A stretch of 64,000 nucleotides of DNA, taken from the NCBI RefSeq assembly GCF_006345805.1, contig NC_043015.1, positions 31,248,001-31,312,000 on the forward strand, read 5' to 3'. Every line of letters begins with the position of its first letter. Position 1 is the stretch's first letter. The stretch is from Octopus sinensis (taxonomy: Eukaryota). Below the pieces are notes generated by a model. It searched no databases, had not been told where the DNA came from, and was given only the letters and a program-made list of their open reading frames with translations. Below, piece by piece: positions 40,440 to 52,842 of this stretch. Position numbers and translations under genes: made by a program.

Positions 40440-42110
40440 AACACATATGCACAGCTTCTTAACAATACCATTACACCAACATAGAGGAGGGCTGCTCCTC
40501 AAACTTATGATAGTGTTTACCATGAGGCCAGAGATATAGGGATTAAACCAGGCATAGAAGATAGGGTAGAGACACTTGCAAAGAAAGAGGCCCTCATAAC
40601 AATCAAGGATCATAAATCACACTTGGCCTCTAACCCCATGTGCTGGTTGATAAAACCTGCAAAGTCTGAGATCGAACAGGTGAGCCAATGGCTAATCAGG
40701 AAGATCAGCAATAGTGTTCAAAATACCTCTGACTTTGCCCTGAGGTCATTACATGGTTTAAAACCAATAGTAGAATGGGTTGAGCCAAGTTTACCCAATT
40801 TGATATAGTGGATTTCTACCCATCTATATCAAAGGAGCTCCTTTTTAAGGTACTGGACCTTGCAAGGGCTTATACTGAAGTCAGTGACAAGTACATACAC
40901 ACTATCATGCACACTAGAAGAACCCTACTCTTCAGTAAGGGGTTGGCCTAGGCCAAGCGAACTGACCCAGCAGGCTCTTTCAACATTGCAATGGGTGTCT
41001 TCGACAGTGCTGAGGTGTGTGAGCTTGTCGGTTTCTTCATCCTAACTGTATTCAAAAGGAAATTCCCTTCAACTCACTTTGGCCTCTTACAGGGATGACA
41101 CGCAGGTAATATCAAGAGGGGTAAATGGCCATATGCTGAGTAGGCTTAGAAAAGCCCTCACCAGCACCATGAACTCCCTTACACTGAAGATCACAATAGA
41201 AACCAACCTGAAAATGGTGGATTTCCTTGATGTGATCCTGGACTTGGAGTCAGGTGTCTATAAACCCTTCAGGAAGCCAAATGAGAAGCTATCATACATT
41301 AACACAGGTTCCTGTCATACATCCATAGTATTGAAGAACCTGATAAAGTGTGCCAGCTGAAGAATTTCCAGTTAATCTTCAAGCAAAGAGATTTTTTATA
41401 CTGCTATCCTGTACTACAATGAGGCTCTGGCTGCTAGCGGTTTCAGGGACAGGATTAGTTGTCAGAACCTAACCCTTCCAAGAGAAGTGACACCAAAAAG
41501 TGTTGTGGTTCACATCACCCTTTCCTTTAAATGTTAAAAGCCAAGCAGGTAAGATTTGTCTTAGCTTAGTTGATAAGCACTTCCCCTGTACAAATAGATT
41601 CAACAAAATATTCAATAAACAATACTGTGAGAATCACCTTTAGCTGTGCACTGAATGTAAAAAAGATTTTAGAAAGTAGGCCCACACCCAAGACAGAGGC
41701 AGGATGCTCATGTAGAGAAAACACAACGTGTCCACTGAGCAGCCACTGTAACATGGAGTCTGTTGTATATGAGGCAGAGGTAACACCCATAGGACCTAAT
41801 GGGCAACCAAACGTGCAAAAGCATGTAGGAGTAACTGAAGGCTCTTTCAGAATCCACTTTAATAACCACAAGTCCTCCTTTAATATCCCAGAGAGATGAA
41901 ACACCACAAACTTGGCCAAGTACATTTGGTCTCTGAAAGAAAGCATCACCAAGTACAACACAAAGAGGAAAATTGTAACTATACTTCAATAACAGCAGGA
42001 AGTGCAGGTTATGCCTGGCTGAGAAAAGAGCAATTTTAAAGAGCACCCGGGTGTCTACCTGAATGGTAACAGTGAAGTATTTAATCCTTGCCCACATGAA
42101 AGGAAGCACA
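40440..42110 (+). mobile_element. Penelope-like element (RT plus GIY-YIG endonuclease), decayed, Naiad-like
   Basis: ITIKDHK..NPMCWLIKPAKSEI; DIVDFYPSI; YRDD at 41088-41099; VDFLDVILDL; CxCx5Cx5C at 41705-41749; VVYEAEV..HVGVTEGSFRIHFNNHKSSF; CRLCLAEK. Multiple stops and frameshifts. Confidence 0.9.
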
Positions 42111-42667
42111 TCCTATCATACCTGGCTACCCCATCATGACTACAATCACCAGTCCCCCAACCTGGACTCTTCACCAATACTCTGGAAGCCAGCAAAGAGT
42201 TTGACCAAAGCATTCACCAACGCACCCACATACAAACATGCATGCCCCAACATGGTGGACACCTACTAACTAGACCGTTTCCCACCACCTTCAATATAAA
42301 CTTTCCCATACACACTGTACCCCTACACACATAAAGCCCCCACAACCTTAACCAATACAGAAAGAAAACACACTAGCAAGCACAGTAATAGATGCCTACA
42401 CCCCCTGCAAAAGTTATACATACGGTACCAGTACACATATCCCATTCCCACAAGAATACCAGCCTGAGAGATACACACAATTCCCACAAACACTCCATGA
42501 TAGCTCTTAGCATAACCAACCCAGTGGCGACGTCTCGGTATCAAGGGACATAACTCTTAACTAAATCCCCTACTTGGTTCATATCATTTTATCACAGCAA
42601 CCCGAAACTGGATGTGTCCTTTGACCTCTAACAATAAGAGAGCAGTCGCCATATTTCATTCCATATT

Positions 42668-42761
42668 GGCTGCCTCTGATGAGAGCGTAGGGTTATAGAA
42701 TCAGATTGTTAGCTAGCACCCCATTGTGCCCTTAGCACGAAACTGATTGGTAACATCAGTT
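42668..42761 (+). ncRNA. Decayed HHR motif with long stem II, 3' of the PLE
   Basis: CTGATGA at 42676-42682, GAAA at 42739-42742, stem III CTGAT/ATCAG, GUU site. Stem II has 8 of 11 basal positions paired. Confidence 0.5.
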
Positions 42762-44719
42762 GTGATGGATATATAATATTGTACACTTTGGATAATATAT
42801 ATGTGTGTGTGTGTATTATATATATAAACTCTCATCCCCCATAAATCCACTCTTTTCGATTTAAAAAAAAGAGTTTAAAATACGTAGAGTCCGAATTTTT
42901 TGCTTAATATCCAGCAACGGACCACCCTAGGGTGCATCATCATTCCATTAAATGTTTTTTTGAGGAGAAAAATATTTTAAAATATCAAAACATTTCAGAG
43001 TGACGAAGAAATGAGGAAGGTATCTGGTAGTCATGAGATGTGCTGAAAACAACTAAATCGCTTAAAATCACACACATACACCCTTTAAAAAATTTTTTTT
43101 ATTAGTATAAACGTGTGAATTCCCGTTTAGAGAACACAAATGCGCAAAACTTTTCTGAAATTTTCGAAAAAAAAAAAGTTATTAGGAGTTTGTTTGGGTT
43201 ACTTAAACCAGAATTCCGCCAGAACAAGACTTGGATTGTTTCAAAGCAACCCAAATATTTCCTCACGATTTATCTTAACCAAATGTACTTGAACCGAACT
43301 AAGAAAAACTGCAAGCAAATTTTCCTTTCCTTTTAAATATTAGGTGGGGGTATGAAAATCACTAAAGACAGGATATTAAAAGTAATTCAAGGGAGGTAAC
43401 GTCAGATCTAGTTATAAAAAGTTACTTCCCAAAGCAAGTAACGGCATCGAAATTTCAAGTTACCAGCAAACCACAAAATTTGCACCTCGTTCACATTAAC
43501 GTTTGCAGTTTCTTTTCTTTACAACCCCACCTTCAACTGACACCCATATACACATACATACATACACCCACACACACACACATATATATATATATATACA
43601 TACATACATACATGCATGCGGTGGTTGTGGTGTACCTGTTGATGTGTGAAAAAACGAATTGCAGCCTTATATTTGATACACATATATTAATCTTGGCTGT
43701 GAAAATAGACATCCACCCATAAACCACATTAATTTTAGCAACTTGGAAAGAAGATGAAAATGTTTCAGATTTCAGTGAATCCAAAATTACTTTCCACTCT
43801 ACTGCTAAGAATAGTTGACGAAAAGGCCAACTACCACAGGACATCATCATCATCATCATAATCATCACTGTCGTCGTGTTTGTTACCATTTGAAGTCTAT
43901 TTTCTATGCTGGCATGGGTTGGGGGAAATAATTTCTTATTTGGAATTACAGTCTGTATAGATGTATTGGAAGACTACATTCTCTCATTCTATTCTGGTGA
44001 AGTTTCTATGGCTAGGTGCCCTTCTAAATGCAACATGTTTCAGAGTGTATCATGGCTTAAGCACTGAAGAGATTGTTGTCCTCAGCCAGACTAAAATGTC
44101 CTCTCTCCCTTATGTTGTCTCCTGTCATTCATCAATAGCTTTACAGAGAATACAGGATACATTTTATTGTAATATCAGCATAAGAGAGATTTCCTTGTCC
44201 CCAGCTAGACTAAAGAGTCTTCTCTCTCTTATCTTTGTCTGTTCAGACAAATGTCATCATCATCATCATGGTTTAACATCCACTTTCCAAGCTGGCATGG
44301 GTTGGATGATTTGACTGAGGGCTGGCGAACCAGATGGCTGCACCAGACTCCAATCTTGATCTGTCAGAGTTTCTACAGCTGGATGCCCTTCCTAATGCCA
44401 ACCACTCTGAGAGTGTAGTGGGTGCTTTTACATGCCACTGGCACGAGGACCAGTCAGGCGGTACTGGCAACGGCCACGCTCAAATGGTGCAATTTATGTG
44501 CCACCTGCACAGGAGCCAGTTCAGCGACACTGGCAGACCAAAAATAAGAATTAAGAGAGAATATGAATGTAATGGGAGAAACAGAATGCAAAAAGCACAA
44601 GGGTGGTAGGAGTGGGAGTAAGGGAAGAGATAAGGTGATAAGTTCAGGATATATAATCCCAGATTATCTCACATAAAATAACATATTATCATCACCACCA
44701 CCAGCATTTTTATCATCAC

Positions 44720-45380
44720 TTTACATGCTGGCTCACGTTGGATATATTAGTATCAACACAACATCACTCCACCTGTTTCGACCCTTCATCGGCCCCTCTC
44801 TTGAGACTCAGCCCTCACCATTCCTGCCTATAAAAACCTCTTTGACATTCCTCTTCCTTAGGCTCCTTCTTCATGCATTGCTTGGCATTTTACCCAGTTG
44901 TCATTCTTTTAATATGCATCATACGTTGATACCATGACAGTTTTTTTTTCTCTTTTACTCTACAACTAATATCTCTGATGCATAGTTTTCCTCCCAGCAA
45001 GTTGTGGTCTGTTTTTCAAGCACACAGCATCGTACTTTCTGCAAAGTATATTTCCTTCATTTTTCTCAATCCTTTACATACTTTCCACGTTCACTGCCCG
45101 TGCCTCACTACTATCATGCAATACCCCATTTCATGTGCAAGTGCCTCACATACAGGGAGATGTTGCTTACTATTTCCAGTATATCTTTCACCACAGCTGA
45201 TTAGATAATCTAGGCAACTATCAACTACGTCTAACAAACCCTCTGCACTATTAGACTTTGTTGCAGGTAGATGCTTTTGTGCATCTATTCCATCCCTTAA
45301 CATTCGGCCCCAGATCCCACTGAGCTTCTGAATCTTTCGTGCATCCAATATTTGCATTGTATACACAATATCTTACGATC
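44720..45380 (-). mobile_element. RTE-clade RT fragment, decayed
   Basis: Minus-strand ORF ...GLLDVVDSCLDYLISCG... resembles the RTE EVVDSFRYLGD segment. Confidence 0.5.
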
Positions 45381-46000
45381 ATGACGCTGACACCCTAACC
45401 ACTAAGCCAAGCGCCTCTACGTATGCTGAGAGTATTCCTCAGAATTGGTGTGACACCGTGTGTGGAAGAGCTGTACTTTTGAATCCATCCAACTGTTTTC
45501 TACACAATATTAGTCTACCTAATTTCACTCACAAGATATAGCCGAGGTTGTAGAAAATGGCATCTGCCTAGGATGACAAACCGTATGGTCGAATCTGAGA
45601 CTTTGCAGTTTTGAAACGAACTTGATAACCATTCGACTATACTTTACCTACATATTGAATAATGTAGTCTTAGATAAACTATATTTTTTAAAAAGTGGGG
45701 GATAGTCACAGGTGGAACGCCTTTTATCATAGGTCTGCTCAATACAGGGCAGTTTAAGAACTCAGTAACAACACTTGTTATTGAAATGGTCAATATTCTT
45801 CAGAGGAAACTTATATAGAGCTAGCACAAACACGAATTATAATGAATCAAGAATATCTTCCTGTAAACTATAGAATTGCCCTCAACACTGAGAAGTGTTC
45901 CGATGGATAAGGCAGAATCAGTAGAGCAAAAAAACCCCCAACAAAATGCTGTGCAGTATTCAACACGGACCCTTGCGTTGTTCAAATGAAGCCATAGTCG

Positions 46001-46040
46001 ACAAAATAAACAACCAATCTAGTAGTGGGATTGGTTTATT
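46001..46040. promoter_or_regulatory. Two inverted CCAAT boxes in the putative TAF6 promoter
   Basis: CCAAT at 46014-46018 and ATTGG at 46030-46034, inside an imperfect inverted repeat (aataaacaaccaatc ... gattggtttatt). Confidence 0.4.
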
Positions 46041-46079
46041 ATTCCTATAATCAATCCGAAACGTGAATGGAATTATAAT

Positions 46080-46462
46080 CGAAGAGAGAAGGCGAAAAAT
46101 GCTAGCGACAACACTGACAAATATACCAGCCTCGTTGTGGTTACGGTTCCTCCACCGTCGCCCTCACAGCTTCGACATGTTATTTACACAGGGGACACAT
46201 TTTCGTCTTACACCGATTCGCCTTCAATCCGTAAATGAACAGTTTTTAGCTTTGGGATATTTTGGTTTCTTCTTTCGTTGCCTAAATGTTGATTTTTACG
46301 CTATAATGACCTGCATATCAAGCCTTTTCAAGGAGCTCTAATCTGGTATAATTGCTGTAGCCATCCTTTATATATGATAGTTTACACTAATTAAGCCGAG
46401 CATTGAAGCTTTTTTGCTTGATACAAAACATTGAAGCTTTTCTTTTCCTTCTGCAACATTTG
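46080..46462 (+). other. TAF6: Candidate non-coding first exon (5' UTR) of TAF6; start coordinate uncertain
   Basis: Repeat-free, CpG-richer tract ending at a consensus donor TG|GTAAGT (GT at 46463). The coding exon has an acceptor at 48465-48466 upstream of its ATG, so an earlier exon is required. Confidence 0.45.
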
Positions 46463-46703
46463 GTAAGTCACGATTCTAAAAAAAAACTTTCTTTGACCTT
46501 TTTTTTAAGAATATATCTAACACTTAAACAGAGCCTGAAAGATTTGCTTGGAAATACATGGAGTATTTTTATAAATATTCATAGTTAAAATATCTTGAAA
46601 GCATGAAACTATTCGGTTGTGTATTAAATTGATATTTATCTCTCACTGGATGGAGTACTTTTTTTGTTGATTCTACCTATATTGGATCTCTCTCTCTCTC
46701 TCT

Positions 46704-46743
<40 letters not shown>

Positions 46744-46747
<4 letters not shown>

Positions 46748-46857
46748 GACTGACCACTAAAAGGGGACAGTCAATATGCTAGATATAGACGTCAAAATCG
46801 CGATTTTGACGTCTATATCTAGCATATTGACTGTCCCCTTTTAGTGGTCAGTCCTTT
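46744..46857. repeat. Perfect 114-bp palindrome (57-bp arms, no spacer)
   Basis: Axis between 46800 and 46801 (AAAATCG|CGATTTT). First mismatch at 46743/46858. Confidence 0.97.
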
Positions 46858-46946
46858 TTATTTTGTATGTAAAAATATTTTTAATCTTCGGATTTTTATT
46901 TAAATATGCTAGGCCACTGGTTTTAATTGATTAATATCAATTATTC

Positions 46947-46989
<43 letters not shown>

Positions 46990-48187
46990 GTGTGTGCACG
47001 TTAGCGGATGTTTTCTCACGTTCATGTTTTTCTTCATATAAATAGAACTACATAAACAATATCAAATCCACGAAAAGGGTTTTACTGTTAAATCTGGTCC
47101 ATGCGAGACAACACTCAATAAAACTCACACACACGATCAGTTATTTCCCCGTTTCCAGGCTAACTTATGCATTTACTCCTGCATCTAGTATATGGCAAAA
47201 CTTGAATCCTTTCAATGTCGATAAAAGAAATGAAAATAAACAAGAAATGCCGAAGATGGTGTTGACATAATCGACTTTGTTTATTCCTCAAAATGTCTGG
47301 CTATATACCAATATTCACCATCCAGACTCGAGGGTTTACACCTCGTCACCGACACAGCACTGTCAGTACCCAAGGTGCATTGAAGAGGTATAACTTGTTA
47401 AAGGTGTTATTATTTAGCCCCAAGTCACCCCTCAATCAGTAGACCTATGATGAAAGGCATTCTAGTATCGATCACACCCTGTTTTCTCAATGTTAGTCTC
47501 TGGTTACGTTATTCAACAATTTGTTGTTTTGTTCCCCACTACCACCACCTAAAGACAGCAGAGATTGATTTGAAAGCGAATTGACTGCTGTTTCTAGCAT
47601 ATCTAATGACCACATAGATGGTCACTCATTGACTCTAGTCAAGGTATGTTGAGATTGTAGATCTACCTACACATCACACGGCACAATGTCGATTTCTCCC
47701 CTAATTGCCTCATCTTTTATGGTAAATTAAGTCTTCTTCAATCTTGCATTTTCTAAAACTGTTTCTGTTTAGTCCCAAAATATCTAATATAATTTTCTAA
47801 CTAACCATTTCATGCTGTAATTCCCTGTTAAGATGTCCTCCCCATAGCCTCCTCCTCTCTCTTGTTATACTTACTACCTTTTCTCTTCCAGACCCCACAC
47901 TTTACACTTTCCTTAGAGGGCCAGTCCCCTGGAATTAAGACCACTTTCCATTCTTCCTGCAGACATCAACTTAGAAATGTTTAAGGTGAACTTTAAACTG
48001 AATTGATATCAAATGTCTCAGAGAACCTACAAAGGTTATGTTTGCTTTCTCCTTCTCCTGGTCCAGACAAAAAGAAAAACAAGGAACATCCCATCTGAAA
48101 CAGTTTCAGTATGATTTTTCACCCTCCTTCATAGTTCCAGAAAATGGAGTGTAGCAGAGAAAGTTGCAGATACAACATGTATATATA

Positions 48188-48420
48188 AAGGCGGCGAGCT
48201 GGCAGAAACGTTAGCGCACCGGGCGAAATGCTTAGCGGTATTTCGTCTGTCGTTACGTTGTGAGTTCAAATTCCGCCGAGGTCGACTTTGCCTTTCATCC
48301 TTTCAGAGTCGATAAATTAAGTACCAGTTATGCACTGGGGTCGATATAATCGACTTAATCCCTTTGTCTGTCCTTGTTTGTCCCCTCTATGTTTAGCCCC
48401 TTGTGGGTAGTGAAGAAATA
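48188..48420 (+). mobile_element. tRNA-derived SINE family B, young copy
   Basis: GGCGAGCTGGCAGAAACGTTAG head, GAGTTCAAATTCC B-box, central GTCGACTTTGCCTTTCATCCTTTC..GGTCGATAAA..AGTACC (resembles the MetaSINE domain from memory). Other copies at about 3948-4177(-), 7432-7650(+), 13248-13465(+), 26683-26829(-), 29760-29950(-), 50270-50480(-), 53440-53660(+) and 54360-54525(-). Confidence 0.85.
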
Positions 48421-48494
48421 TATATTGTTACTGAGCTCACATTATCTACGTCTGTCTATTTTCCAGATTGCTGATTTGTCAAATCTTGTCGAGA

Positions 48495-48647
48495 ATGGCT
48501 GAAAAACACGAAGTAAAAGTAAGCAGTACATTCAGCCCCGATTCCATGAAAGGAATTGCAGAGTCTATTGGGGTCAGTGGAATTCCTGATGATGCTGCAA
48601 GCCAGTTGGCAGAAGATGTTAGCTACAGACTTAAACTCCTTATTCAG
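48495..48647 (+). CDS. TAF6: TAF6 coding exon 1 (histone H4-like fold, N-terminal part)
   Basis: MAEKHEVKVSSTFSPDSMKGIAESIGVSGIPDDAASQLAEDVSYRLKLLIQ. Acceptor ttccag ends at 46466+2000=48466; donor GTAGGT at 48648; phase 0. Matches the TAF6 N-terminus. Confidence 0.95.
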
Positions 48648-49181
48648 GTAGGTTTCACTCTTCACATTTAAAAAAACAGCTCATTTTTCATCAAACTGTA
48701 ATAACTTGATATCATGGTGATACAAGCTGTCTGGCTTGTATGGATGTGGCTTGGGGGGGGGGGGTTAGGGTGTTGGGCTCATGATTATATGATTTCTTGG
48801 ATCAGGCAGTGTGGTCGTCTCCTTAAGCAAAGAGGCACTTTGTTTCATGTTGCTCCAATCTACTTGGCTGAAGATGAGTATCAGCCCCTGTGCTGGTCCA
48901 CCCTACTCTCTTCTCAGCTGTCACATCCTGGATATCCCCCTGGATCCAGAGAGGGAATGCCAAGAGGGTGCCTATGTCTGTTAGTGGTTACATATTCAGT
49001 TATCTAAAACATGATACAATGCAAATGACAATGATGCTTTATACTGTCTAAAAGATACGTCCGACCCATGGCAAATGAAAATAACTGGCTTTAAAATATT
49101 GTTATTTTACAGCTTAGAGAATGAAGGGTAGTGTCTGTGACCCTTCTCTGATCCTTCAAGCGAGATGGCAGTTATCCTTAA

Positions 49182-49402
49182 CCCTTTAGTGTTCGCATTA
49201 TTCTACCAAAATTAATACTTTTTCATCCACATTGTTTTGAACTAATCATGCATTATCTTGTAGCTGTGAGATTTTGATGAGGTAGCTGTTAATTTTAAAA
49301 ACGATATTGTAGGGTTGGTGTGAGAGACCAGATATGGCCAGTTTGAACATAAAACAGGCAGAATACCTTTGGCCGGATACGGCCAGTTTAAATGCTAAAG
49401 GA
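49182..49402. mobile_element. piggyBac-like MITE, second family; another copy at ~62927-63364
   Basis: TTAA flanks, CCCTTTAG...CTAAAGG(A/G) ends, internal sequence shared with 63160-63364. Confidence 0.75.
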
Positions 49403-50740
49403 TTAAATCAAAGTCAGCCTGAATGCTTGCAGCAGTGTGGACTCTGCTAAAGCCCATACCATGTGGTTGTGTTAAGCCTTGTGACTGATTAAACACACCA
49501 CCCAAAAACAAGAAGAGTCTCAGTGATGGGCCCCTGCACAGGTTTCATCTGTCAAATTTTACTTACAAGTCAATCTTGAAGCTAATAAGTGACATTTGCT
49601 TAAAATTGTTGCACTGACAAAATTTGTTGAGGGCGAATTTTCTACAGCCAGATGTCCTTCCTGTCACCAACTCTCACTTGTTTCTATGCAAGGGGCAATA
49701 TTTGCCCACGATGAGACACGACTTCACAGAAGATTGGATATGAAGGAACTGCTTGTATGACGGTGACACTTGCTTACGACTATCACATGATGACATGGCA
49801 AAAAGACAGTAACACACACACAAATGATGGGCTTCTCTTCAGTTTCGGTTTACCAAATTCACTCACAAGGCTTTGGTTGGCCCAGAGCTATAGTAGAAGG
49901 CACTTACCTGAGATGCTACACATTGGGATTAAACCCCAAACCATATAAATGGTAAGAAAATTTCTTACCACAAGCCATAGCCATACCTTTCACAGCCACA
50001 CCTACACCTGTATACACACACACACATCTTTTTTTTTTATTGTACATTTGTTAGGAATTCTCTCAATCCAAATGTTCAGTATGCACAACTGATACATGCA
50101 ACAACTGGGAAGCCTGCCAATCTTTCTTGTGTCATCTTTTTTTTTATAGCCAACCACATCACCCTATGGACTAGGTGTATTTTATAGTATCACTTTCACT
50201 AGAGATTTTGTTTGTCGGGACTAAAGACCTGTACTTTACATTCATAATTTACAGAATAACGTAAATATTGATTTCAAATTTTGTAACAAGACCAGCAATT
50301 TCAGGGGAGGGAGTAAGTTAATTATATCGACCCCAGTGATCAACTGGTACTTATTTTATCAACCCCAAAAGGATGAAAAGCAAGGTCGACCTCGGCAGAA
50401 TTTGAACCCTTGACATAAAGATAGACAAAATGCTGCTAAACATTTTGCCCAACATGCTAACAATTCTGCCAGCTCGCTGTCTTGCATAATATTGTAAAAG
50501 AAAAGAGCATTAACTCTTCTTAAGCCAACTCTCTTTTTGTGCAGTTTCAGTTTAGAGTTTTAGCTACTTTGATTAATTTTCACCTTTAATATTCTTAAGA
50601 AGCTCGTGAATATCACAGACTCTGAATTCCTCTGTACATAAGAGCTCTCTCTTATGGTGCATCGTGTATCACTTTTAAGCTATAATTAAAAGGTCTATTT
50701 TGATAGTCAAATTTTTTTCTCTTTTTTTTTTCTGTTTCAG

Positions 50741-50827
50741 GAAGCTGCCAAATTTATGCACCACTGCAAACGAAGCAAGCTAATTACCAGTGATTTTGAT
50801 ATGGCTTTGAAGATCAAGAACTTGGAA
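50741..50827 (+). CDS. TAF6: TAF6 coding exon 2
   Basis: EAAKFMHHCKRSKLITSDFDMALKIKNLE. Long polypyrimidine tract plus CAG acceptor, GTAAGT donor, 87 nt, phase 0/0. Too short for the ORF track. Confidence 0.95.
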
Positions 50828-51259
50828 GTAAGTTATTGACTATTTCCCTTTGAGAAAGCAGAACACTATTGTAATTCACTCTTATTTAATACATGACCAA
50901 GTCAGTAAGTTATCAGATGATTAAACAATAAGTCAGAGGTTCATAACGTATCAACAGCAGAGCATCGTTTTTAACTGGCGATCATGACTTTTTCACACTA
51001 ATTCAGTTTTATGGTCTCAGATGAAGTCATTTGCCAAACAAGTACAACTCTGAAATAATTTTAGCATAGAGAGAGGAACTGCAGGCAGCACTTGAAAATG
51101 GTTTACTGTATGCTAACCAGAACTTTAGGGGATTTACCAAATCATTTTACAAACACATTTTATATGCATATTTCCTTTTTATACAAATATGTTGTTTTGT
51201 TTATGTGTGTGTGTTTTTATTTTTCTCAAAATGAATTGAATTGGAATTTTCTCTTGTAG

Positions 51260-51413
51260 CCATTGTATGGTTTCCAATCAAAAGACCTGATACCATTTCG
51301 GTACACCAGTGGTGGAGGACGTGAGCTACATTTCTATGATGAAAAAGAACTAGATCTTAATGAGATAATCAGCAGTCAATTTCCAAAAATTCCATTAGAT
51401 GTATCGTTAAAAA
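51260..51413 (+). CDS. TAF6: TAF6 coding exon 3
   Basis: [51 protein letters not shown] plus 1 nt. TAG acceptor, GTAAGC donor, phase 0/1. Confidence 0.95.
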
Positions 51414-52607
51414 GTAAGCAAAAATTCAACGTTTCCTTATTTTTAATCTTTTGCGTGTTGGTTTTTATGCTATTTTAAAAATTTAAATAAGTTTGTAACA
51501 TCTTCATCATTTAATGTCCGTTTTCCATGCCGGCATGGGTTGGACAGTTTGACAGAAGCTGGCCAGCTGAGGAGCTTCCCAGGCTCCATGTCTGTTTTGG
51601 TATGGCTTCTACAGCTGGATGCTCTTCCTAACACCATCTACTTTACATTGTGTACCGGGTACTTTTACACAGCACTGGCACCAGCACCCACAAACCTGCA
51701 AGATTAGGATGGCTTGGCTGAAGAGAGATCTAGGGGACATGCTTGTATGCAAAGACAACCATGACTTTACTTGCCTTCCTATGCACAGCAAACTGCCAGA
51801 AGATTTGGTTTCTTGTCATCCCCTCTATCTCACTAAGGAACCCTAGCCTGACACAAACTCAAAACTGTATCATCAAAACAAATTCTCTAATTCCAGCCAT
51901 AGAAAACCATGCCAAATCAAACTGAAGCCTGGCACAGCCTGCCAGTGTGCCAGCTCAGTCAAACCATCCAACCCATGCCAGCATGGACAATAGACATTAA
52001 ATGATGATGATGATCATGAGGGTAATCCCAATGTAAATGAGAGCCAGACACTTCTATCTCATTTGTCAGCCTTGTTACAGTGATTTGCCAACTAAACTGG
52101 AACAAACCAAAGTTTTTCTTATAAATATTTTAATTTTTTAATGGTTTCGTTATTTGGACTGTGGCCATGCTGGGATATTGCCTTAAAAATTTTTTTTTAA
52201 TTAATTATATTCACTCCAGCTCTTAATTGTTATCTGGTACTTAGTGGTATAAATGAGTGTATTATACTAATATACATACGCACACTCCTCCTCATCATCT
52301 CTAACGTCCACCTTCCATGCTGGCATGGGTTGGATGGTTTGACAAGAGTAGAAGCCTGCACCATCCTCCTGTGTCTGTTTTGGCATAGTTTTCCTTCCTA
52401 ACTCCAACCACCCAGCAGAGTGGACTAATGCAATACGTATTCATACACACATTTCTGTACAGTTTTCATCTACCAAGTTTCCTTCAGATGACATGTGACA
52501 TCTACCCAACATATTACACTTAGTAAGATTGAACCCAGAACCACGTACTTATAAAGCCATTGTTTTAACCACACAGCCATCGTGACCTTTTTTCTGTTTT
52601 CTCTCAG

Positions 52608-52831
52608 CTCACTGGTTAAGTATTGAAGGAGTGCAGCCTTCCATTCCTGAGAACCCTCCCCCTGCATCTAAAGAACAACAACAAAAAGAAAGCTTCGACA
52701 CTTCCATCAAAGCAGTCATTGACCGTTTACATAAACCGAAACCACACACTGACCTTGCCAAGGCACGGATGAAGCAGAAGTGTGCCAATACTGCCAAATT
52801 AAAGAATCTCATAATACACGAACTATCAGTG
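52608..52831 (+). CDS. TAF6: TAF6 coding exon 4
   Basis: (T)[27 protein letters not shown]...IIHELSV. CAG acceptor, GTAAGT donor, phase 1/0, in frame with exon 3. Confidence 0.95.
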
Positions 52832-52842
52832 GTAAGTAACAT

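Noticed and set aside
41358-41899. In-frame TGA codons (41358-41360, 41897-41899) as possible selenocysteine
   Set aside because: They fall where PLE proteins usually have Arg or other non-Cys residues, consistent with CGA->TGA decay in a copy with other lesions.
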